NCBI GenBank assembly: GCA_002189035.1
Contig: NEEC01000016.1
Coordinates: forward strand, 1,798,001 to 1,862,000
DNA length: 64,000 nucleotides
Reading direction: 5' to 3'
Source of the DNA: Utricularia gibba
Taxonomy: Eukaryota; Plantae; Magnoliophyta
Positions 38,041 through 50,578 of the stretch are shown here, piece by piece (position 1 is the stretch's first letter; every line of letters starts with the position of its first letter). Under the pieces are notes generated by a model. That model was not told the origin of the DNA and did not search any database. It worked only from the letters and a program-made list of their open reading frames with translations. The position numbers and the translations under genes were made by a program.

Positions 38041-38856
38041 GACGAAATTGGCAATTCTCTCCCAGAATAAGATATGGTGACTGGGATGTCTCTCTTGTGA
38101 TGTTGTTCATCGAGGCTGCAAATGTTTTGCACGCATTTCCTTTTCATTCTGTGGTTTTGGAGGATCCATTGCGTTGTTTAGATTTTAAACAGCAGACTGT
38201 CATCCATCTTGACACATTGATTTGACCCCTGAATCTGGAGGACACAATAAGTGATGGCTATTTGGCAACACACCACTTTGCCCCTTCTTTTCTGAGTATT
38301 TCCCCAGTTCCCCCCCCCCCCCCCCGTCTTTTTATGCTCTTATTTTCAGGGTTTCTTGGAAAATAATTTTTTGTAGGGAAATTTAGTAGGAAGATTTTTT
38401 TTTTTTTTCCACTAAGGAACGAGATTAGGTTTCATTTGGACCGTGAAGGGCTGCTTACTGGTATTCAAGGCATGTAACAGAAAATGATGCCTGCAATTAA
38501 GTCATAGGGGTAGGGTATTTGACGGATTATCAGCAATGTATTAAAATTTAATTCAAAAATCCAAATTTGACCAAAATATATTTCATGATTGGGGCCCACA
38601 AAGAAGCTATTTAGTGGGCCGTAATTGACCAATTGGGGCCCAGAAAAAGATATGGACTGGATTGCTGAAACTGAACCATACAAAACGCAGAACGGGTCGA
38701 GGGGAGAAGCTTCGGCAACATAGTCGGAAATTTTCCTCGGCAGCATCGCTGTTTTTTCCACGTATTTGTACGGTGAAATTTTGGCGGCGAGGCTGCAACT
38801 CTTCCTACGGCGCCGGGACTGGTGCTTGGTTCTTGGTTTCCTGGCTATCGAGGAAG

Positions 38857-40553
38857 ATGGCTGCATGTGAGCTGGTTTTTGTTAGTCCATTTTTGTCGTT
38901 TGGAATGATTTTGGATGTGATCTATTTTTCTACTGATTTTGTATGATCCTTGTTGCCTCTGGCCCTCTATATGTGATTAACATTTCATGCATGCGGTTCC
39001 ATGGCTTACTTTTTTTTTTTCTGTGTATTCCAGGCATCTTTGGACCTTCAGGACCCAAAGTTTCCAACACGAACTTAATCCGTGTAAGTCCGAAATGGAG
39101 CACGCTGCTTCATTTTCATGGAATAACGGCTCAAAGAGTGATTGGGTTGGACAACATGGTGCTCTGTACAGCAGCAAAGAAGGCAGTCATAGAGTGCAGG
39201 AGTTTGAGTTCTGATGCTGATTGTAAGTCGAGGATATTTGGGATGCCTTTCTTTGAACACTTTTTAGGGTTTTGGGGATGTAAGGAGATTGTTGTCTCTT
39301 ATGGTACCAGACAATTGCTCGACTTAGAATCAGAAGCAATGGATTCAACACTTTCTGTGAGTTTCAGTAAGATTTCTTCTAATCCTTGTGTAAATAACAG
39401 TGAGCGCCATGCCGGAGGATGAATCCAAGGGATCTAAGGCTTTTGATACAGCTCGAATGCTCATCCCAGATTCACCCGAGGTCAGTCGCTCATCATGATA
39501 GGCTATGGTTTAGATCTCAACTCCTACCTGTGTTCTTTTCTGCAGGTAGAATCACTCCTGAGTGTGCTGTGTGACACCACAATTTCTGAGTTTGAAATCA
39601 AAGTTACTATTCCTTCATTGACCCAAATCAATTCATTTTCACAGCATTTGCAAAATCTGACTTACCCATTATTTCGTGGCTAGCATGGGGCATTCAGGCT
39701 GCATGTGAGGCGAAAGATGACTGAGGAAGGAGTACAAATACAGACAACTTCCCTTGCTCCCCTGTGGGCTGAGTCAGAGGTTGAAGCGACTCCTACCAAT
39801 GGTTCAGCCACTTCACCATCACTAGCACTCACAAAATCAAGACTCTACACTGGTGGGGCCCAGAGCTTACTTGACAAAGCAGCAAATGAGGGTTTAGTTA
39901 TGCTTCGATCACCCAGGGTGAGCATCTTCTGAAAATTAAATTTTGAGATCTATGTCTTTATATTGTTGTTTTGCAGGTAGGTTACTTTAGGAGATGTCGG
40001 ACAATTAAGGGGAAACGAGCTCCTACTCCTTGCGAAGAGGTACAAAATGTCATATGAGATTGCCTGAACTTGTTGGTCACATCAATGTTTCCACTTAACA
40101 GAAAGACATCGCAAAGGAGGGCCAGGCTCTCTGTTTCATTGAACAGCTAGGAGGCGAAATCCCTGTTGAGGTACTGGCATCACGATACAAGTTTATATTG
40201 GTGATTACACTTTGTTTCCTTCCTCCCACGCGACACTCCAACGCTTATGTGGAATCTGGTGTCTTGAAATGCCCCCCTGTAGTGAACTTAATTCTGTGCC
40301 TCATCTCTGTTTTTTTTTTTTTTTTTTTTCCAGACTGAGACTCCTGGGGAGGTTGTCAAGATACTGAAAGAAGATGGAGGTAACCATTCTCTGACGAATG
40401 TTTCAGATATTCCATCTGCCATTTGAATTTGAAATAGACCAACACCCCAACTTGTGTTGAATGAATGCGATGAATGTTTCAGATCCAGTTGGCTACGGAG
40501 ATGCTCTCATTGCAGTACTTCCTTCCTTCCCTGGAATTGGTAAAGTTCAGTAG
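38857..40553 (+). CDS. BADC: BADC / BCCP-like biotin-lipoyl attachment domain protein (non-biotinylated negative regulator of plastid ACCase)
   Basis: MAAC-IFG transit peptide; LIPDSPE-VESLLSVLCDTTISEFEIK-HGAFRLHV...PTNGSATSPSLALTK...LLDKAANEGLVMLRSPR-VGYFRRCRTIKGKRAPTPCEE-KDIAKEGQALCFIEQLGGEIPVE-TETPGEVVKILKEDG-DPVGYGDALIAVLPSFPGIGKVQ*. FIEQLGG replaces the biotinylation motif EAMKLM. Confidence 0.9.
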
Positions 40554-41099
40554 CTCAGCCTATCAACTCATGGATTTCGTTGCAGCCCACCACTGGGTTT
40601 TTCCCAATTCTCCCATCTTGAAAAAACGCTGTGGAAGCAGTCTCTTGTGTTCGGTGTTCTGCCTTGCTTGCCCGTAGTATCACATTTTGGGCAGTTTCTG
40701 CTGTGTGCTCGATCCTCTGCAATCGAAAATCTTCAGGATTTCATCATTCTACCTTTGAATGGAGAACAACGAATCTGGAGGTGGGGGCGATCATGCTGCC
40801 AAATGCCAATATTTCAGCATTCTCCTCTAGGCTTACTTGAAGAAAACTCAACCGTTGTACCGATTGAGGTCCACGTGGCATTCCGGGTGCATAGAAGAGC
40901 GGTGTGATGAAGCCCAAGGAATACCGCAATAATGGAGACAGCCAGATCCCCCTTGGAGACAATTTAGGCATCCAACAAGAACAAATGGGGACAGCCCCAC
41001 AACCAAACAGTTCAGCCAAACCAATAGTCTTTGAAGGGATAAAAAAAGGAAGCCCCTAGAATCAGCTAGGGGACATAGTTTACACTAGGAAGAAAAAAG

Positions 41100-44000
41100 A
41101 AGTCACAACATATTAGAATTTAACATGGGTACCTTTTGAATAGATGCTTTATTAGAAAGACATCTTCCAAAGTGTAATGGCATCTAAGTAGCCAACTTTT
41201 GTTTTTTCTTCTTTTTTTCTACTTACGAGGTTAGATTATTTGGTTGAGTTTATTCTTTTCAACTACTCTACTTATCTGCCAATCACAGGTTTATCATCAT
41301 GACAACTTGGTATTATAAAACCAGTGTTCCAACAATGGAAAAATTGTTGAACATCCTTAAACAAATGCAACAACAGTGCTTAGGAGAGATGGAGAAGCAC
41401 TTTGAGAATCTAGAATGCAATGCCAATGAGTAAGCTAATAGCAACAACAAGCAACAACAATCCTCATGAACCCCAAGGTCGACTATTAAGAAAATGAAAT
41501 TGGAAATCCCCAAGTTCAATGGGATGTCTTATCCAATGAGCTAGATAAATCTTTGTAAACATGTTTTTGAATATCATCAAACAGTTGAAGAAGACAAATT
41601 GCAAGTTGTCACTACACAATTGAAGGGCATCACACAAAGTTAATATAAGCTCAAACATGATAACCCCAGCCTAATATGGACCAGCTTCAAACAGGACAAG
41701 TATTTGGAGGACTATAATCCATGATTTGAAGAGATTGCCCTTAACACCAAAAATCTACACCCTAAACATGAGATGTTGATATATCTAGGTGATTTACCAA
41801 TGCATATCTCAGCACTGACCAAATTACAACACCCACTGACTACCATTGATGTCATGAGTATTGCCACAATGTTGTGTGAAGGATGGATCAATAACCTCAC
41901 ATCAATCTTGTCCATAGAAAAAAATAGAAGGGAATTTAGGGAGAAAAAGGGAAAACCATGAAGTTAAGAGGGACCAAGTTGAGGAAAAAGTACCTCTTAC
42001 TAATAAGGGCTCAATGCCTCCAATTGAAAGGCTTCCTCAAAAGGAATTTGAGGAAAGGAAAGCTAAAAATCTCTGTTTCTACTATGATGAATGATTTGTA
42101 CCAGGTCACAAATGCAAGAAACTCTTCTTGATAGAATTTATTGAAAGTGATGAGGAGAGGGAAGAAGAAATCCGAGTTTCCCTTAACGCACTCACTGGCT
42201 AGCTGAATCGTTCCCCAATAAAACAACTTATGCAAGTAGAAATCATTGTGAAGGAACAAACCCTTTTATTCTTGATTGACTTCTGTAGCACTCACAACTT
42301 CTTGTAGGAATTGGTGGCAAACAAGCTTGGAGTACCCATAACCTATCATAAAGGCATGAGAGCCATGGTAGCAAATGTTGAGTCACTCACTCACCTACCT
42401 CAAGCTATGTGAACAAGTTCCCCTAGTGATTGGAACATATTAGTTTACCATTAATCTCCATTTTCTATTGTTAGTGGCATTCGTTGGTGTATTGGGATAT
42501 ATTTTGTTGAGGATGGTTGAACCAATAACTTGGGATTTTGAGTTATAGGATTCATGGATTCACAAACCAAAACCAAAGACATAGGATTCATGGATAAGAA
42601 ACAACAAGTAGCTCTCTAGTGAAACAACTCGTAATTGCAATATCAATCTGTTAGATTTCTGGACACAAATGATGGAAGGATTGATTGAGTAATAACGTTC
42701 AATATTTGAGGAGCTTGTCGGCCTCCCACTCAACCACTTTTGTGACCATAGAATTCATCTGACCTTTGGGTCTAATCCCAATACTCGAAAACCATATCGA
42801 TATTTGTAGAAGTAGAGGGTTGAGAGCCAAGTACAAGAACTGCTAAACAAAGTATGGATTGAAAACAACACTTTACCATTCTCAAAACCTGTGATTCTTG
42901 TTCCGAAGGGAGTTACATGGAGCTCAAATCTTCTCTAAAATGGATCTATGCTCAGAGTATCATCAAATTCGCATGCCTAAGGAATTGGTTCACAAGACCA
43001 CATTTCATATATTTGAAGATCAATATAAATTTTTAATAATACCAATTGGTTTGACTAACACTCTTGCAACCTTTCAAAACCTCATGAACTCTATGTTTAG
43101 ACCTTATATGAGATTGTGCTAGTCTTTTTTTATGATATACCATTATATAGCTCTCATTGAGAAGAACATTTAGAGCACCTCAATTTGATATTCCAAACAT
43201 TGAGGGAACATCACCTGTACATCAAAGACACTAAATGCTCCTTTGCACAAGCAAGAATAGACTATTTGAAACACCAGATTGACAGGGTATATCTGCAAAT
43301 CAATGAAAAATAGATGTGCTTCATTAGAAAAAGTCGGGTAACTTGCAAGAAATGAGAGGATTCTTATTTTTGGTAGGGTACTGCAGATGATTTGTCCTAC
43401 ATTTCAATAGTATTTTGGCCCTATTGACAATGATGCATAAATGCAAAAATTTTGTTTGGAGCCACACCATAGAGAAGGCATTTGAGAACCTCAATGCATC
43501 ACTTGACTTCAACAAAACCTTTGTGGTCGAGTGTGATGCCTTTGAGCCAAGAATTAATGCCATATTATACCAAAAACAACATTTGATCACTTATTTCAAC
43601 AAGATGCTTACAGAAAGACATCGATCATTAGCCACATATGAAAAGGAGCTTATTGCACTAGTTTATGCTGTCAAACATTGGAGAGGTTACCTCTAAGGCA
43701 GAATGTTTCAAATAAAAACATACCACTGAAGCTTGCAATATTTGTTACAACAGAAGATCTACACTCCCTTCCAATAAAAATGAATCAATAAGCTCATGGG
43801 ATATGGCTATTCAATGGAGCACATGAAGGGCCACGAAAATGTGGTTGCGGAAGCTCTGTCTCGAAAATATAGTGAGGAGATGCCTCTTTCAACTATTACT
43901 ACCCTGCACCTACTCTTATTTGACCAATTGAGGGAAGAAACTTCTGCAATGCTTGAATTGCAACATATTATATAGGAAATACAGGAAAATTCCAAGGTTA

Positions 44001-45050
44001 GTAGCTGGAATGAACATAATGGATTGATCCATTATAAAAACAAGATATACATACATATGAAGTCGACAAGCATAGCCCAAATTCTGAAAATGATGCAAGA
44101 CAATGGTCATGAAGGTGTACTAAAAACGTTACATTGTATTCGATGATACTTCTTCTAAAAGGGAATGAATACCTAGGTACAAGACTATGTGCAAGATAGC
44201 ACTACATGTGAGCAAAACAAGACTGATCAGCTAAAACCAGAGGGTTACTATAACCCTTAAACATAGTTGAGCGTAGCTTGTCTGAGATCTCTATGGATTT
44301 CATTGAAGGACTCCTAGTTTCTAAGGGACGAAAAACAATCATAGTAGTAGATTGATCACCTTTCCAAGTACACCCATTTCATAGCTATGTCACACTCTTG
44401 TACGACAGTATTGATTGCTAAGACTTTTTTTGAAGTGGTAGTCTGTTTGCATGGGATTCCTGAGACTATACTAAGTGATCGTGATCCAACTTTCACTAGC
44501 ACATTCTGGAATGAGCTCTTCAAGCTATCAAGGATGCAATTGCACTTCATGGCTGCTTATCAAACATAGTGAGATGAATAGACTGAAGTAGTTAATAACA
44601 TTTTGGAAACGTAGTTGAGGTGTTTCACAAGTGATTGCCCTAATTGTTGGGGGGGGGGGGATGACTCGCATGGACTGAATATGTATACAACACAAGTTAC
44701 CACACCTCGACCAGCATGACCGTTTGAATTGATTTATAGGCTGACACCTCCTTCATTAATTCATTCTGATGGAAAAGAACAAGTCGTGGCAGTGGATATG
44801 GAATTGTGCAACAAAGATGAAGTATCAAAGCTTGCTAAGGAGCAACTACAATCCAATCAGGAAGTCATGATTAAATATTACAGCTAGAAGCATCGTTATG
44901 TATCATATGCAATGCATGATCAGGTTTGGGTTAAGGTTTCATCTAGCACATCACTAAGGTTTCACTAGCATGCAGTATTCAAAGCTACATTCCAAATTTT
45001 TGGGACCCTTTCACATCTAAAGAAAAATAAAGACACATTCAAATCGTTCA
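41100..45050 (+). mobile_element. Degenerate Ty3/gypsy chromovirus-type (Reina-like) gag-pol remnant
   Basis: Gag KLEIPKFNG (~41480), protease LID.CSTHNF (~42270), [24 protein letters not shown]...[13 protein letters not shown] (42898-43122), RNase H FVVECDA...ATYEKELIALVYAVKHWRGYL (43415-43696), integrase CLHGIPETILSDRDPTFTSTFW (44387-44569). Many stops and frameshifts. Confidence 0.88.
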
Positions 45051-45142
45051 CAGAATTTAGGATAACATAGAAAGGACAGGTTTCCGAGTCGACTTGGCCT
45101 TTTAGTTTGTCTCGCCGACCTTGGCCCCTTTGTGTGTCTCAC

Positions 45143-47900
45143 TGATAACACTGTCTTTATTGTGTTTTTATATGTGTTTTTAGATATGTTTTGTAGGGAT
45201 AAATGTTAATTAATATGCTAAATATGTTTTCGGCAATAATTAAGCCGAAAATTCTAATATTTTCCTCTAGTTTGTGTTTAAGTCTTAATAGGGTAAGAGC
45301 TAGTATTGTAGCAGTGCATTTTCCGCGTTAACAAGTCAAAAGAGATAGAAAAGATGTGCAAAAGTCACTTTTTGCCGAAAGTAGCCACTCTTCTGAAAAG
45401 ATAAGATTTGGAGCAGAGATCTCTCTTCTAGAAGCCTGAGAAAAAGATAAAGCTACCCTTACTTTTGAGCAGAAAAAGAGAAAAGGAAGAGAGAGATATA
45501 GAGAGCGAACAATAGGTAGATGGAGAGCACAATAGCAAAGCGGGAGCGAAGAGACTATGTTTCTTCGACGACCTCCAGATCTACACTTCTACACTAGCTT
45601 TCTGCCCAGATCTATAGCCCACAGAAGCAGCTTTGCTACTATTACTGTCTTCATTTTTATGCTTTCTGTTACATTTCTGGTACTTAGTTGTGAACGGGAA
45701 ACACTCTATAAAACTTATTTACAGCTTATGAACATGTTCCTGATTTACCTTTTCGTATTTGGTTCTAAGTTTAACGTGTTTTTTACTATTCCTGCAAACC
45801 CTTGTTTTGTTTTTAAGCATTATAAAGTTAGGTTTAAGCCTATGAGCTATCTTGAGTGACACAAGAGCTAGACCCTGATGTAAAACCCAACTAAGATACT
45901 TTTATTTTATGTTTTCTGCACATTCACATTAATTTCATTGACTTTTCATCCCTTCAACTGATTTATTTCAGCTACTACTATTTTATGTCTTACGTGCATT
46001 AGAGTTAAACCCTAGAAAAAACCCCCTTGTTTTTAGTAAATGTAATAAAGTTCAAGAAATTGCAACCATTCTATATGGATTCGATCCTTGCTTGCCACAC
46101 TACATTAATTCCTATGATTTGTGTAGTAGAATAGCTAAGTTTATAAATTTCTTTTGATACGTTGAATGTGTTAAATCGTGACATTTAGCATTCCATTCTA
46201 AATGTTCATCACTCACCTACACACACATATGTAAGGGATTACTTGGGTATAGAGTAGACCACATTATCAAACAAGCATAAGAATACCTAAGCACATAATT
46301 GCACAAACTCGCATAGGATGACCCGATGATCCTTAAGCCTTGATTCCACGATACAAGGTCATATTGTCATCATAAGAGGCTTTGGTTGTGGTGGTCCTTC
46401 CCCCGATTCAAGATCAGCTTGCCATCGAAGTACCTCAACAATGGTCCAACCCCACCCCATCAGGCTCATCGACACTTACAACCAATGCCCCTTTTCCTTA
46501 CACATATCCCATGAGAGCTCCCTTACCTTGACTTAGTTGTATGTACTTAGCCTTCTTCCAAAATGAGATTCATGTCTCCCAAATCTCAGTATAGTGGCAC
46601 TTCTTCACTTATCCCTTCTTCCCCTTCTGACATCACTACACCCTCCTATTTATACCAACACCAATGGGATAGAGAAGTGCCTCAATCTAAGTGTTTATTA
46701 TATATTATTACGTACTAATTAAGTATTCAATCACCCAATTTAGTATTTCTATTGGTATGTATTTGACTTTATTAGAAAATTCCTATTTTTGTATTTTGTA
46801 CATATTTTGTTGTCTTTTTTCATGTACTTTTACCCAAAATTTTAGAAGGGAGCTTGCAGTTGTAGGAGATTTACAGGAAATCAAACACTAATGTATCGTG
46901 CCTCGCACGTGAATTGGATCAATTGTGGGTGGAAGATTGATACTAGTCAGAGCCCCTGACTTACGACATGTTAGAGTCTGCAGCAATGATTAGGCACTTA
47001 TTTTCATGCATAGGAAAGTTGGTGACGCACGCAAGATAGAAAGAATGATGGAAGGAGAGTAGAGGAAGTTAATGCATGTGAGGAGTGAATTAAAAAAAAA
47101 CTTGGAACAAGCTTTTTTGGACTTTTTTTCACACTTGTTTTGGCACTTAGAACTTTTGGTTCTTCCTCTCCACTAAGGGATGAAGAACACTTTATCTTTC
47201 TATTTTGTTTTCTGTTTTTTATGGCCATATGTAGCTAAACCTTTCTAGTTTCTGAGAATAGATGAAATTTCCTTCTAAGTCCTAAGCACCAATCTCGGTT
47301 CTTTATTAGAATTCTTCCGGATTTTACATATTTCCACACATCTTATTAAGGTGAATAGCATCATCTCCAACCCTACCGATTTGAGGGAAGTAGTGAATTG
47401 TTTGTGACTGAGGTACCATGACAATGAACAGGTAGTGACCTCGTACTTGTCATTGGTCATTGGCAACAGTTGGGTACACACGTAGAATTCAGTTTTGAAG
47501 GCAATAGATGACAATCCTCTTGTCTTCTCAATTGTCCAAAGGGAAACCACATTAGGCTATTCTCATTCTTCCTTGTCAATCATAGTGTAAAGGAGAGTAA
47601 GCTATTCTTTGCTCTTATAATCAGTTATTCGGAAGGAATCAATGACAGCCAAGGCAATGATAGACAAAAGACGGAAACGGAGTCCATTTCCCAAGAACTA
47701 CGTCCCATAATCAAGGTCCATTACTAGCGTTGAATATTTTCTTTCTATATTTTAAAAATCCTCTTTTATAAAGCCATGACAATTTGTAAAAGTTTTCTGC
47801 AAAAAACTTTTTGCAAACTCAACTCCTTGAAATCGATACTCGTACTATGCTTATTTGTGTTTTACGTTTTTCTAATTTCAAATTTATTGAGTAAACGGCA
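45143..47900. mobile_element. Nested LTR fragments (Athila-like and other gypsy-type solo LTRs)
   Basis: TGATAAC start at 45143. Athila-LTR-like motifs ggattcgatcc (~46078) and tcgatactcg (~47833). Non-coding, no host-gene features. Internal boundaries unresolved. Confidence 0.5.
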
Positions 47901-48729
47901 CACAATAGGTTTTTTGGAAACAATTGTATGTTGTAAGGTGGGTGGTTGAGTTACCCTGGGTTTTTTGAGAGATATATAAGTATAATGGAGGCTAGTGGTG
48001 GGAAAGGGGGAAGATGGGCAAAATGGATGGAGAAAACAAGAAATGTTTGGACGACGGTGGAGTTGCTCTGATTACAACCAATGATTGGGATTAGGGATCA
48101 AGGAGGCTATCAAAAGGTAAGTGGTTGGGTTTCCTTAACTTCAATTGGGTTAATTGGGAGTGGGCGAGTTAATGCTTCATCCATGATAGTGAATTCTAGA
48201 GAAGCTTGCACCAGGTATGGTGGACTATTGATCGACCAGCACTAGGTGCTAGAGGCAGGCCACTGGTTGGAGAAATTGATATCATGCAAGGTCACGGTAG
48301 TACGAAGCAGTCTAGGGTGTTGTGTGTGCATGGGTTGTAGAGGTTAGTATTGGGTGCAATGCAGATATGGGCACAAGGTACACCTAGACTCGAGCAGGGT
48401 TATGAGGGTTGAGCATGGAGTGATCATAGAAGAGGGTGGGGGGGGGGGGGGTGATGACTATAGTGTAGGAGGGTCTCGTGTATGGCATTGGTAAAGAGGA
48501 CTTTAATTTGGAGTGTTGGTAGTTGGTTTCATTGAAGACTTGAGTAAGTGAAATAGATAGAGTTGTGGCCTATGGAGATTAATACTTTACCTTTCTTTGT
48601 AAATCGGAACTCTAAGGATAGTATGGCCAACCTAAGGAATCATAGTGAGCGATGTGCTTGGGATAGTTTTCAAGTAACACTGGTGGATAGCATGGATGGG
48701 GTTTTTTTTTCAACAAAGGTTGTTGTTTG

Positions 48730-48839
48730 ATATATATATATATATATATTCCGTATGGGTATCATATTTTTGGCATTGTATACGGTTCTACAATTGACCC
48801 TTACATTCCATTCACGAAACATATATATATATATATATA
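48730..48839. repeat. Two (TA)n microsatellites
   Basis: TA dinucleotide runs at 48730-48749 and 48821-48839. Confidence 0.9.
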
Positions 48840-50578
48840 CCCACAATCGACATGTAGCATAGGAAAGATAAAAACACAAAAGAGGATCCAAAATTATAGA
48901 ACTCATGAAACAAATCAAAAAAGTCAACTTGAACGATAAATGGGTACCTTAACAAGTTGGAAGGAGTTCCTTGGATCGGCTAGGAGATGTAAATCAGGCT
49001 AAAGACCCCACCTAGTCAAATAGAGCGGAGATCACATATTAACCTATGGATAGTAAATCAGCTCAAGTGTTCTTAGAAGATCACATATAATCTTGAAGGG
49101 GATAAGAAAGAGATATTGACAATCTATAGCAGCTGATAAGCAACATGAATGACTACAAACCTACGGAAATTCAGAGTAGGTCACAATTACCAGCCAGTAA
49201 AACTATATACAAGATCAAACATATCCTATCAAATGCAGAAATTATTTGATCCATATGAAATTGGTCAATTAGGGCTTCTCTCTATATATATGAGTCCAAA
49301 TTAAGGGAAGAGTGATTCTACATTCTATATTCTGCATTCTTCTTTTTGCACTCAACATTCTATTTGTAATTCTCTCATTCTCTTCCTAATGAAACTCATT
49401 TATCCGATAATCTCCTTTAACTCTGTGGTTTTTCATTATGATGGTTTCCATGTAAAAACTTATGAATTCATTTTCTCGTTTTTCATATTAGCAAAACTTT
49501 AATCCTACAAATGGGTAAATCAAACCATAACTTATTTACTTCCTCCCAAATCAGTTCCTTTCTCTTAAACCAATTTCAACCACCATATATATATCTTAGA
49601 GTTATAATGATTTTTAAAAAAAGTAGAAGAGGTGATACTTTAAAATTTGGCTTCACTTGTTTTTTAATTTATTTATGATTTTAAATTAAAGTATTCTTTG
49701 AATAGACTTAAAGGAATTCATTTTATTATAAAAATGAAAATAAATTATTTAAATTTAATATTTTTAAATTATAATTTTCTTATTTTTTTTATAAATTATT
49801 AAATCAAATTCAAAAAATTATAGATTCGAAGTAAATTAGAACTAATTTCGGTTCAATAATTAATTTTAAAGTCTGGATATGATTAATAATTTAATTCTGT
49901 AATTAGAAAATCCTATATTATCTGATTTCAATAATTTTGAATCACCAAAATTAGCGGTAACTCTATGGGAGGAATAAACTATAAATACCTAGAGTCTAGC
50001 GTTTTGGAGAACCCTCATCTGCTATCTTCTTCCTTCCGCTGCAAGAAATCTAGAGGAACGTGGCGAGGCATTTGTGGCCTGCGATTCACGAGTGGCGATG
50101 GACTGTGCTTCTGTCTACTTTGCTGTGTAACTGCTTTGAAGATTAGGGGTACTGTGATTACAAATCAGCGCCTATTGTCTCCTGGAAGTCCACGCCGCAG
50201 GCTTCGGGATTTTCTGGCGATTGCGCTTCTGCTGTGAGACAAATAATCTTCCTTTTCTAAGTTTTAGTTTCTGTAAGATATATGTGGTAGACTGTGTCTA
50301 TTGTTGGGTATTTTCGCCTGTGTATGCTTTTTTAACCATTTTATTATTGGAGTATGACATAGAGATATGGTTTATATGTCTCATTATGTTAAACCCGTGC
50401 GGTATTCTGAGTAATTACGCATTCTTTTCTCTGTCCGCTTTCATGGATATCGGTAATCCTGTTCTGTTTTTCTCTGAACATGGGTATGTCGTGTTTTGTT
50501 CTATGGACTATTGACTAGCTTCACATTGGATTCGAATCGGCAGCATCATGTTTCTTGCGTGTATGTAGGATGTGAAGA

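Noticed and set aside
38943-39422. 159-aa ORF and an apparent extra exon at ~39307-39356
   Set aside because: The ORF is BADC exon 2 read through its introns. Exon 2 (phase 1) splices cleanly to the acceptor at ~39400 without the extra block, which gives stops or implausibly short introns.
26540-40553. An 'organelle biogenesis cluster' (TIM23, PEX2, COX5b, BADC)
   Set aside because: The genes serve different organelles and pathways. Adjacency of housekeeping genes in a compact gene island needs no special explanation, and there is no evidence of co-regulation beyond common site II motifs.
40570-40960. Separate gene downstream of BADC (ORFs of 69-91 aa)
   Set aside because: No motif or start context; consistent with the BADC 3' UTR and the edge of the adjacent gypsy remnant.
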